The notes under the pieces: generated by a model
Told to the model about the DNA's origin: nothing
The model's input: only the letters and a program-made list of their open reading frames with translations
Database searches by the model: none
Assembly: GCA_043228905.1 (NCBI GenBank)
Contig: JBHGNT010000013.1
Coordinates: forward strand, 5,270,001 to 5,334,000
Length of the DNA stretch: 64,000 nucleotides
Source: Azolla caroliniana
Taxonomy: Eukaryota > Plantae > Polypodiophyta
Direction of reading: 5' to 3'
Shown: piece after piece, positions 12,293 through 21,735 of the stretch
How positions within the stretch are numbered: position 1 is the stretch's first letter
Layout: the number at the start of each line of letters is the position of its first letter
Made by a program: the position numbers and the translations under genes

Positions 12293-15098
12293 TCATCGGA
12301 TGAAGGGACATATATGTAAATATGTTCCAGAGAGCCCATTGGGGCTATATTTGTAAATAGTCCGAAAGTCATATCAGTATAAATATGACCAAGGGCAAAC
12401 TTAATAGTAATAATGATGATAGAGTTGTTGGTGTAACCTCTGTACAATGTGTAATAGAGAGAGAGAGAGAGAGCGATATACAGAGATTGTGTCTCTGTTG
12501 TAACCGCCTGGTGGTGAAGCGAGGGAGCAAGAGGTCGTTGCCTCTGTGCCCCATTTTTGTATTACTTTACATAGTGATAGTTTGCAGTCTGAGGGATGTC
12601 GTGGTTTTTCCCATATTTGGGTTTTCCACGTTAACATCCTGTGCACTCTCTTCTTCTTTACTATTTCGTGCATATATACATCTTCCCACATCCCTGTTTT
12701 CTGTGATTGATCCGACGTCTCGGTTGTGGCCGAGCATAGCTTAGGGAGCGTATTCCCGACAAAGTGGTATCAGAGTGAAACAACACAGAAAAAATGGACG
12801 ATTTGTTGGGAGGCATGTTCAAGCTCACCGGCTCCAACTATTCCGTGTGGAAGTCGAAGATGAGGGACATGCTCGTGGTTAAAGACCTTTGGTTGCCGGT
12901 TCAGTTCGGGGACAAGAGACCGGACAAAATCGATGCCATGATATAGGAGGTGATGCACATGAAGACAACAACGTACATATGGTGCTTCATCGACATGCAC
13001 ATGAAGACAACAACTTCAGTGAAGAGAGCAAGGCTCGTGAGCTCTTGGAGAAGATCGACATTATGTTTCAGAACAAAAATGCTATTAATCAGGTTTCAGT
13101 ATTTCGGAAGCTAGTAAGACTCCGGTACCAAGATGGCTCCAACATGGCGGAGCACATGAATGCCTTCTAGGGGCTGATCCACCAGGCAACATCATTGGAA
13201 GTACCTCTCGCCGATGAGGTACTAGCACTACTCCTGCTTGGTTCCCTCCCAAATAGCTGGGAGACGTTGGTTGTCACTTTGGGCAACACCTGGCCGGAAG
13301 GAAAACGGTTATCCCTAGCAAGAGTGAAATCGAGCTTGCTAGATAAGGAGGCGCGTCGGAAAGATAAGGATACGAGCTCCGACTCCAAAGTGCTCCTTAC
13401 CGAATCGGAACACTAAAGACAAAGGAACCGTAGTCCCCAGAACTGGGAGAAGTCGGGGACACAGTGAAAGTCAAGGGGGAGGCCTACCTACTTCTATTGC
13501 GGCAAGCTGGGACACTTCCAGAAGAACTGTTGGCATTTCCGAAAAGACAAGGAAACTAATGGTACCGATTCGAAGCGGACACCGGACCGGAACGGTAAAG
13601 ACCGGATGGAGCCGGACCGGAAGGGAACAACGACAATCACGGCAAGTGAAGAAGAGCTAATGCTCATCACAGAGGAGAGTGAGTTGAACCTTGCCAGCGA
13701 CAAGATGACCTGGGTGGTCGACTCCGGAGCGTCGTTCCACCTTACCCCGGACTGTAAATGCTTCTCATCGTACACAGTCGGTGATCACGACTGTGTCCGG
13801 ATGGGGAATGAAGGTACATGCTGAATTGTCGGCATAGGAGACGTGTGGTTGACAACCCCAACCGTATGCAAGATGTTGCTGAAGGATGTCCGACACGTTC
13901 CGGAGGTTTGATTGAACCTGATATCAGCCGGTCGTCTGGATGATGAAGGCTAAATGGGTAGCATTAGGAACGGTGTCATGAAGTTCAGCAAAGGGAGCAT
14001 GATTGTGGCTCGGGCCCGGAAGGTCAACACACTGTACCTGATGAATGCCTGGTTATGCCCGGAAGAAATGAACGTGGCATCCGACACTGCCAGTGAGCTG
14101 TGGCACAAGAGGCTGTGTCACATGAGTGAGAAGGGGATGAAGAGGCTTGCAGACGACAACCTCATTCCAGTGAAGAACGTGCACTTGGAGAAGTGCACTG
14201 ATTGTATGGCCGGTAAGCAAACCGGACCTCCTTACGACCAAGGCCACCGATGAGACGTATGCACCACTGGAGTTGGTGCATACTGATGTATGTCAGGTGG
14301 ACACGAAGTCACATGCAGGATCGCAGTACTTCGTGACGTTCATAGATGACCACAGCCAGAAGTTGTGGGCCACACCGTTGAAGACGAAAGATCAGGTGCT
14401 ATCTGTCTTCAAAGAGCTCCACCCGAGAGTAGAAAGAGAAACCGGCCAGAAGCTGAAGGCGGTCCGAGCAGATAACGGAGGTGAATACCGGGGGTAGTTC
14501 GAGGAGTACTATCGCTCGAAGGGAATCTGGCTCGAATTTACGGCGATGATGAGTTCGGCTACCGAGTGTGTGACCCGGTTGACAAGAAGGTATTCTGGAG
14601 TCAAGATATTATCTTCATGGAGGACAAGACGCTCGCCGACTGGGAGTCGGAGAAGAAGATAATGAACTCTGAGTCGACCGGTAAGGATCGATTCTACGAT
14701 GAGCAGACCCAACCGGCAAGAGACCGGTTAGCACTCGAGGAACCAGCCGGTTACGGTGAGGATACTGAACCGGCAGAAAAAGAAGTAGAGGAAGCTGAAA
14801 TCAGAATCGGCCAAGACCCCGAATCGGATTCGGATGAAGATCAAATAGTGGAGCCGGTTGCCGAAGGTCAAAGACAGAGATATCCTCTTACAGAGAGAAG
14901 GGCCCCCCGAAGATTTCCGGATGCAGAGCATGTGCTGCTGACCGATGAGGGAGAGCCAGAAAGCTTCGAGGAAGGTAAAAGTGACGCCCGTAGCCGCAAA
15001 TGGTTAAGTGCCATGCAGGATGAGATGGATTCCCTGCATGAGAACCATACGTACGAATTGGTGGAGTTGCCAAAAGGAAAGCGGGCACTCCGAAACAA

Positions 15099-16007
15099 GT
15101 GGGTGTACAAGTTGAAACCGGGAGATGCCGGCAACCCCCGAGATACAAAGCCAGGATCGTGGTGAAGGGGTTCCAACAGAAGGAGGGCGTGGACTTCGAT
15201 GAGATATTTGCCCCGGTAGTAAAGATGACCTCCATCCGGATGGTGCTGAGTATAGCGGCAAGCATGGACCCTGAGGTGGAGCAGCTGGACGTGAAGACGA
15301 CATTCCTTCATGGTGACCTAGAAGAGAAGATCTATATGCAGCAATTGGAAGGATTCGTGGAGAAAGGGAAGGAGCACCTGGTTTGCTTGTATGGACTGAA
15401 GCAGGCTCCCCGACAATGGTACCGGAAGTTCGACTCCTTTATGACAGATCAAGGGTACCACAAGACGCAGGCCGATCACTGCGTGTTTGTGAAGAAGTTT
15501 GAAGGAGGCGACTTCCTGATACTCCTGTACGTGGACGACATGTTGATCGTTGGACGGGACCAAGCCAAAATACGGATGCTGAAGAAGGCTCTCAACCGAA
15601 ATTTCGCAATGAAAGACTTGGGTCTGGCAAGACAGATGCTGGCGATGCACATCATCCGGGACCGGTCAAAGAAGCAATTGTGGTTGTCACAGGAGAAGTA
15701 CGTGACAAAGGTGCTTCAGCGGTTCAACATGTTAGAAGCGAAACCGGTCGGATCGACACTTCCGGCAAACTGCAGATTATCCGGTAAGCAAAGCCCGAAG
15801 ACGAAAGCAGAGAAGACGGATATGATGAAGGTGCCATATGCCTTTGCCGTCGGGAGCTTAATGTACGCAATGGTGTGTACTCGACTGGATATCGGATACG
15901 CAGTCGGAGTGGTGAGCCGGTTTATGAGAAATCCCGGCAAGGAGCACTGGAACGCGGTCAAATGGATACTCCGATACTTGAAGGGCACTTCGAATATGTG
16001 TCTCTGA
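15099..16007 (+). pseudogene. pol: Copia reverse transcriptase (RVT_2), largest open segment of B2 copy 1
   Basis: RYKARIVVKGFQQKEGVDFDEIFAPVVK, QLDVKTTFLHGDL, LYGLKQAPRQW, LYVDDMLI. Confidence 0.93.
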
Positions 16008-16587
16008 TTCGGCTCCGGTAAACCTCAACTTGACAGTTTTACCGATTCGGACATGTCGGTTGATGTGGATACCAGCCGGTCTACATCTAGGTATGTAATG
16101 ACATATGCAGGGGGAGCTGTTTCGTGGTAGTCGAGGCTGCAGAAGACAGTTGCGTTGTCAACCATGGAGGCGGTGTCTCCCTCCTTGGGCTATAAAAGGA
16201 AGGGAGGGGTCACTTATGAAGGGGTTGCCTATTTTGTGCGAGTAAGGTATACCACTTAGTCTAGGGTTCTCCCTCTTCCCATTTCGTTTTAGGGTTAGGG
16301 TTTCGGTTAGGGTTTTCTTCTTGGGTTTCCCTTTAGGGTTTTGCGGATAGTCATTTTGGTGCGGCCATGGCGGCCACCATGGTTGTAACCATTCGTTGTT
16401 TTAATATAACTTGTTGAGCATCTTGCCTCCGCCGATCCCTCCTTCGATGTCGTGGTCTTATTCTTTCCTCTTCTCCTCTTGAGCTAAGCCTCCATATCAT
16501 GTCCTATTCTTTCTCCTCCACTCCCTAGTCCAAGACCCCCGCGGTCCCGCCCCTTCTACACGCACGCGCGTAACAACGCGACATCTT

Positions 16588-16605
16588 TGGTGAACCCGAC
16601 GTGAA
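16588..16605 (+). promoter_or_regulatory. Primer binding site complementary to tRNA-Trp
   Basis: TGGTGAACCCGACGTGAA is the reverse complement of TTCACGTCGGGTTCACCA, which I recognise as the 3' end of plant tRNA-Trp. It lies 4 nt after the LTR. Confidence 0.85.
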
Positions 16606-16728
16606 GGGCGGCAAGGGAGCATGGAGATGGAAGAAGACTTGGACTTCGAGGAGATGATGGCGAAAATCGTGATGGAAGCCGGACGGAAGATGGCGAAGTG
16701 AGATGCGGTTCAACAAGCCGTCGAAAGG

Positions 16729-19320
16729 GTGGTCGATCGAGTCGGCCGATTCAAGGGGGACGATGTCCCGAGGTTCTTGGAAGCGTACGATGCCGAGATG
16801 GCGAAAGGGGGCATGGACGAGGAGATGTGGCTAGAGTATTTTCCTCGAGTGGCCGCCGCAACGGTGCACAAGGAGGTCAAGGAGCTACGAGAAGCTCACG
16901 AGTCGTGGGTGTCCTTGAAGGTAGCCCTATTGGAAGCGTGCGGATACGTGAAACCGGAGTGGGTATGCCGGCAATCCGATGGGGAGCGGTCGGCAACAAT
17001 GTGGCCCACGAGCGGCAGAGAAGAGAGAGCGGCGAGTGAGTACGCACTACCGCCGGAAGAGAGCTCAATGCAAAACGGTTCGGAGGAGCTCGACCTAGAA
17101 GCGCTAATACGAGAGGCATGCGAGCTTGTGAAGGCGAAAATCGGAGCCGAAGAAGGGCTTGTTATGGAGACGGGCCGGAGGAGATCGGAGGATGTGGAGG
17201 AAGAAGCCTCCCTAGACGTAGAAGACGGGGCCTATACGGAGGCCGGGAGAGCGTACGACGGCGAGATAAGAGAGGGTGCGGAGCAAGCGACCCTCTTGCG
17301 TTGCGGTGAAGGGACGGCCATGGAGGCCGGTAACTACGGATTCGGGACATGGCGGCCCGAAACATCGAGTGAAGAGCGGACAAGCGGCGGTGCCGCGACC
17401 TTACACACACCGGTCCTAGAGACTCCGGCATCCGGCCCGAGAGCCGGTGTGAGACCTAGAGTGACGGACGGTGGCGGCGGCAAGGCGGGCAACCGAGACG
17501 ACGACATGGGAGAGATGGTGGCAAGCGTAATCGAGGTTTGTGGAATCGGAGATGGGGTAGCCGCGGACAACGACGACCGGACGAAAGCGGCTACTGACAC
17601 AACGAGTGGCGGTGCCGGGTCCTTACCCACACCAGTCCTAGAGGCTCCGGCGGCCGGCCCGAGTGCCGGGGTGAGACTTAGAGCGACGGGCGGTGGTCAC
17701 GGCAAGGCGGCCTACCACGACGACGAAGAGAACGAGGAAGAGATAGCCACGGACCATGGCGTCCGAACGAAGGTGGTTACGAACATGGCATCGGCGAGTA
17801 ACGGTATCGGGACTTTTCCCACACCTATTCTAGAGACTTTGGCAGTCGGCCCCGAGAGCCCACGAGAGACCGAAGAGATGGAAGGTGGCGGCGGCAAAGC
17901 GGACGATCGAAACGACGACGAGGAAGGTCATAGCGGACGGAGGCAAGACCTCTCGACACCGAGACCGGAGACTACGGTGGTAGCACTCGAATGCCAACAT
18001 AAGACTGGAGAGAAGGGCGGTGGCCGTGAGGAGGTGTGGCCCAGAGCGAACACGTACGAAGATGAGGATGCGAGGCCCGGAACGGGCATATACGAGAGGA
18101 CCGACGGAGAGGTCGGGAGCGGCGAAGAGGAGAGAGTCGGGAACCGACCCGACCGGAAGATGGACCGGTCGATAATCCGACATGACCGGAAGACGACGCG
18201 GAAGAACATTGGAGCGGGGTCTGGTCAACCGGGCCCGAACCGAAGAAGAGCTGGCAAGGTTGGATTTGTTCGGACAAACATCTACCGGCCGATTACGATT
18301 ACGGAAGGGAGCCGACGTAACCGGAACTCGATCGGCCGAGACCGATCCGGGCGAAGGCTAAGTTGGCACGGTTGGAGGTCGAGGCGAACGGGCCACAACA
18401 CCCGGTGGGAGCCGGTGAGCGCGAGAAGGAAGCTAACCAGGCACGGTGATTACGGCTTGGCAGAAGACCGAGAGCGAGAGGAGCCCTCCACATCTATCCT
18501 TGAGACTTCGGTGGTTGCGGATCAACATAAGACCGGAGACACGACGGGTGGCGGCGAGGAGTCGGAGACCGGAACTGACGAGGCCACTAGAACGGGTACC
18601 CGGTGCAAGAAGACGGATGAGCACGGCCAAGACGGCAAGCCGGAGTCGAAAGGGGCTACGGCAAGAAAGGACGAAGAGACCGATGCGGAGGTCGGGTCTA
18701 CGACGGATGAGTCGCGTAATACGAAGTATGCACTACGGCATAAAACGGAGCATGCACTACGGCCAGCGAAGGGCCAAGAAGTAAGCATGCACCCGGAAGA
18801 GTGGCAACGAGTGACCGGCAACGGTGGACCGGTCGAGCCTTTGAGAGACAAGCACGCGGCGAGAGACGAAGCCGTAAGGAGCCGAGATCGGCGGATGGGT
18901 GGCGAGAGCGAAGGATGGTGTGCGGAGAACAACAGGGTACACACCGGGAAGAGAAAACGCAGCGGCTTCCCGGAGGACATACAAGGCCAAGTGGGGCAAG
19001 AGGGCGCAAGCCGAGGCGAGGCGGTAACGAGAGCCTCGAGGGACACCGACACGGAGGTCGGGAGGACGGTACGCTCTACGGTGAGAGAGCACGACGGGCA
19101 AAGGAGAGGCAAGGAACGCGGAATGGGGTCGCCTAAGGGCCAAAGAATGAGCGCATATTCGGGGGACAACATCGGCGCACGAGAAGGGCCCATGGAAGGC
19201 AAGCACGGAGTAGGAAGAGTCGACACGCCGAGGTGTTCGACATGCAGAGATGATAAAACCAAAGGAGGAACATACGCGGCACGAAAAGGGTGGAATCCGG
19301 AGTACGATCGGAGAGTTTAG
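16729..19320 (+). CDS. 863-codon ORF of element C: gag-like N-terminus followed by a low-complexity repetitive G/E/R/T-rich region
   Basis: The N-terminus (GRFKGDDVPRFLEAYDAEM...ESWVSLKVALL) is gag-like and conserved in copy 2 (ORF 38889-39380). The true start is probably ATG 16621/16627, followed by a TGA at ~16699. Coding status of the tail is uncertain. Confidence 0.5.
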   Translation: MVDRVGRFKGDDVPRFLEAYDAEMAKGGMDEEMWLEYFPRVAAATVHKEVKELREAHESWVSLKVALLEACGYVKPEWVCRQSDGERSATMWPTSGREERAASEYALPPEESSMQNGSEELDLEALIREACELVKAKIGAEEGLVMETGRRRSEDVEEEASLDVEDGAYTEAGRAYDGEIREGAEQATLLRCGEGTAMEAGNYGFGTWRPETSSEERTSGGAATLHTPVLETPASGPRAGVRPRVTDGGGGKAGNRDDDMGEMVASVIEVCGIGDGVAADNDDRTKAATDTTSGGAGSLPTPVLEAPAAGPSAGVRLRATGGGHGKAAYHDDEENEEEIATDHGVRTKVVTNMASASNGIGTFPTPILETLAVGPESPRETEEMEGGGGKADDRNDDEEGHSGRRQDLSTPRPETTVVALECQHKTGEKGGGREEVWPRANTYEDEDARPGTGIYERTDGEVGSGEEERVGNRPDRKMDRSIIRHDRKTTRKNIGAGSGQPGPNRRRAGKVGFVRTNIYRPITITEGSRRNRNSIGRDRSGRRLSWHGWRSRRTGHNTRWEPVSARRKLTRHGDYGLAEDREREEPSTSILETSVVADQHKTGDTTGGGEESETGTDEATRTGTRCKKTDEHGQDGKPESKGATARKDEETDAEVGSTTDESRNTKYALRHKTEHALRPAKGQEVSMHPEEWQRVTGNGGPVEPLRDKHAARDEAVRSRDRRMGGESEGWCAENNRVHTGKRKRSGFPEDIQGQVGQEGASRGEAVTRASRDTDTEVGRTVRSTVREHDGQRRGKERGMGSPKGQRMSAYSGDNIGAREGPMEGKHGVGRVDTPRCSTCRDDKTKGGTYAARKGWNPEYDRRV

Positions 19321-21086
19321 GAGTGCACCCGGAGGACATACGAGCCTTTGCGAGGAATGCGCGCGACGAGAGATGGAGCAGTGAGGTGCCGGTATCGGCG
19401 GATGATCGACGAGCGTGAAAGGCTATGTCTTGAGAACCGGAGGAGGTGCGTGGAGAGCAACGGGCTACGCGCCGGGAAGAGGAAGCATGGCTTCCCGGAA
19501 GGCATGCGAGGCCAAGCGGGCCAAGAGGACGAGAGTCGGGATGAAGCGGTAACGGGAGTCGTGAAGGACATTGACATGGTGGTCGGGATGACGGTACGCT
19601 CTACAGCAAGAGAGCACGACGAGCAAGGGAGAAGCAAGGAGCGCGTAATGGGGTCACGTAAGGACCGAAGAACGAGCACGCATTCGATGGACGACAACGA
19701 CGCACAGAAAGTGCCTACGGAAGCCGAGTGTAGAACGAAGGGGGTCGGTACGAGGTGTTCGGGGCGAGGAGAAGGTCGAGCCGGAGGTGGAACACACGCG
19801 ATACGCGAGGAGCGGCACCCGACGAGCAACCGAAGTAATCGGGGGTCTAACCGGAGGACATGCACGGTGAGCGAAGGAAGGGAGACCGGATCGGCGACGG
19901 TGTCCGGGATGGCCGGTCGAAGAAGAAGGTTCATGCGCCGGACATGGTGGATCGGATGGAGTCGGCGGGTCGGGGCCGGCAAGACGGATCGGCGCCAGCA
20001 AGGGGCCCGCAAGAAGGTTGGGTGCCGGTAAGGCGAAAGACCCGGTTGATCACCGTGGACGAAATCTTTCACCCTTTTCCTTTCTTGGCACATACGGTGG
20101 ATGTGCGGTTTGGTGGGGGTGGATGTTGTGAAGATTTTCGTCCATAGGCGGAAACCGGGGTGGAAGGGGCAAGTCGGTGGTGTGCAACATGTGCACATGT
20201 ATACTAGGATGTGGGGTATAGAAAGAGGGGAAATTGTCCCACATTGTAAGGTCCCTCCCTCCTTGGGCTATAAAAGGAAGGGAGGGGTCACTTATGAAGG
20301 GGTTGCCTATTTTGTGCGAGTAAGGTATACCACTTAGTCTAGGGTTCTCCCTCTTCCCATTTCGTTTTAGGGTTAGGGTTTCGGTTAGGGTTTTCTTCTT
20401 GGGTTTCCCTTTAGGGTTTTGCGGATAGTCATTTTGGTGCGGCCATGGCGGCCACCATGGTTGTAACCATTCGTTGTTTTAATATAACTTGTTGAGCATC
20501 TTGCCTCCGCCGATCCCTCCTTCGATGTCGTGGTCTTATTCTTTCCTCTTCTCCTCTTGAGCTAAGCCTCCATATCATGTCCTATTCTTTCTCCTCCACT
20601 CCCTAGTCCAAGACCCCCGCGGTCCCGCCCCTTCTACACGCACGCGCGTAACAACGCGACAGCGGAGTACATGGTGGCTGTGGAAGCCGGCAAGGAAATA
20701 TTATGGATGGAGGAATTCATCGGAGAGCTCGGTATCTGGCAAGATGAATACCGGCTCTATTGCGATAGTCAAAGTGCCATCCACCTTGCTAAGAACGCAA
20801 CGTACCATTCCAGGATGAAGCATATCCAACGTAGGTATCACTGGATCCGGGAGTGAGTAGAAGATCGAGAGTTCGCGCTGATGAAGATCCACATGGCCAA
20901 GAACGGGTCAGATATGCTGACCAAAGTGCTAATACCTGACAAGCTGGATGCATGTCGGAAGCGGATTGGACTAGTAAGACACCCCATGCCGGAGTGAAGG
21001 GGGAGTTTGTTAGGAAACAGGTCCCTCCGGATGGGAAATGGGACTAGTAAGACGAAGGATGCATGTTAGAAGCGGATCAGACTAGT

Positions 21087-21735
21087 AAGACGAAGGATCA
21101 AGTGTTATCCGTCTTCAAAGAGTTCCAAGTGAGGGCCGAGAGAGAAACTGGCCGAAAATTGAAGGCAGTCCGAGCGGTGATTGACAGAGAGTATCGTGGA
21201 TCGTTTGAGGAATATTGCCAAAATCAAGCAATCCGGCTCGTGCATACTGTGCCGAAGACACCAAAGCTTAATGGGTTGGCCGAGAGAATGAATCAGATCA
21301 TAATGGAAAGGGTCTGAAGTATGCTTGCACATGCTAAGTTACCGAAGATGTTCTGGGCTGAGGCACTAGTGATGGCACCGTACGTGATAAACCGATCACC
21401 CTTAGTACCCTTGGAGGGTGATATTCAACAAAGGGCCCCCCGTGGCAAAGACGTATCGTACCGACATTTGAGGGTGTTCGGCTGTCTTACTTTTGTGCAT
21501 GTGGCAAAGGGCTAGAGGGGGAAGTTGAACCCGAAATCTTGGCCATGCATATTTCTCGGCGACGGCAATGATGAATTTCGTTATCGGCTATGGGATCTAG
21601 ATGAGAAGAAAGTGATTAGCCATGACATTGTTTTCATGGAGGGAAAGACAATAGTTGACTAGGAGATTGACAATAAGTCTCGAACTACCGAATTGAACTG
21701 AGTTGATGCTCGGCCGAATCGAGTTGAAGTGGATC
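21087..21735 (+). pseudogene. pol: Copia B1 integrase core, continuing the element broken at ~10517
   Basis: KTKDQVLSVFKEF...TPKLNGLAERMN...FWAEAL. The start is collinear with B1 at ~58612 onward. Confidence 0.85.

Larger units (their letters stand above)
16174..20661 (+). mobile_element. Family C copy 1: pol-less (non-autonomous) LTR retroelement; 5' LTR 16174-16583, 3' LTR 20124-20661, TSD GCGG
   Basis: Direct repeats ending CGCGACA, with GCGG at 16170-16173 and 20662-20665. The host RNase H sequence rejoins across it (uninterrupted equivalent at ~53310). The PPT-like GGTGGGGGTGGA precedes 20124. I could not recognise PR, RT, RH or IN motifs inside. Confidence 0.93.
12095..21042 (+). mobile_element. 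Copia family B2 copy 1 (5' LTR 12095-12761, PBS 12765-12775, gag-pol from 12794, PPT ~20993-21007, 3' LTR truncated 21008-~21042); interrupted by element C
   Basis: TGTTAGGAAAC...CCGACA LTR and TGGTATCAGAG PBS. Gag, DSGASFH protease, integrase, RT LYVDDMLI and RNase H YCDSQSAIHLAKN motifs, then GAAGGGGGAGTT|TGTTAGG. Confidence 0.93.

Noticed and set aside
16285-16340. Interstitial telomere or chromosome fusion site
   Set aside because: Only a few degenerate units, and they recur at the same position in other family C LTRs.
18522-20198. Long antisense ORFs (246 and 293 aa) in element C
   Set aside because: They are shadow frames of GC-rich, strand-biased repetitive sequence, and I saw no recognisable motifs.
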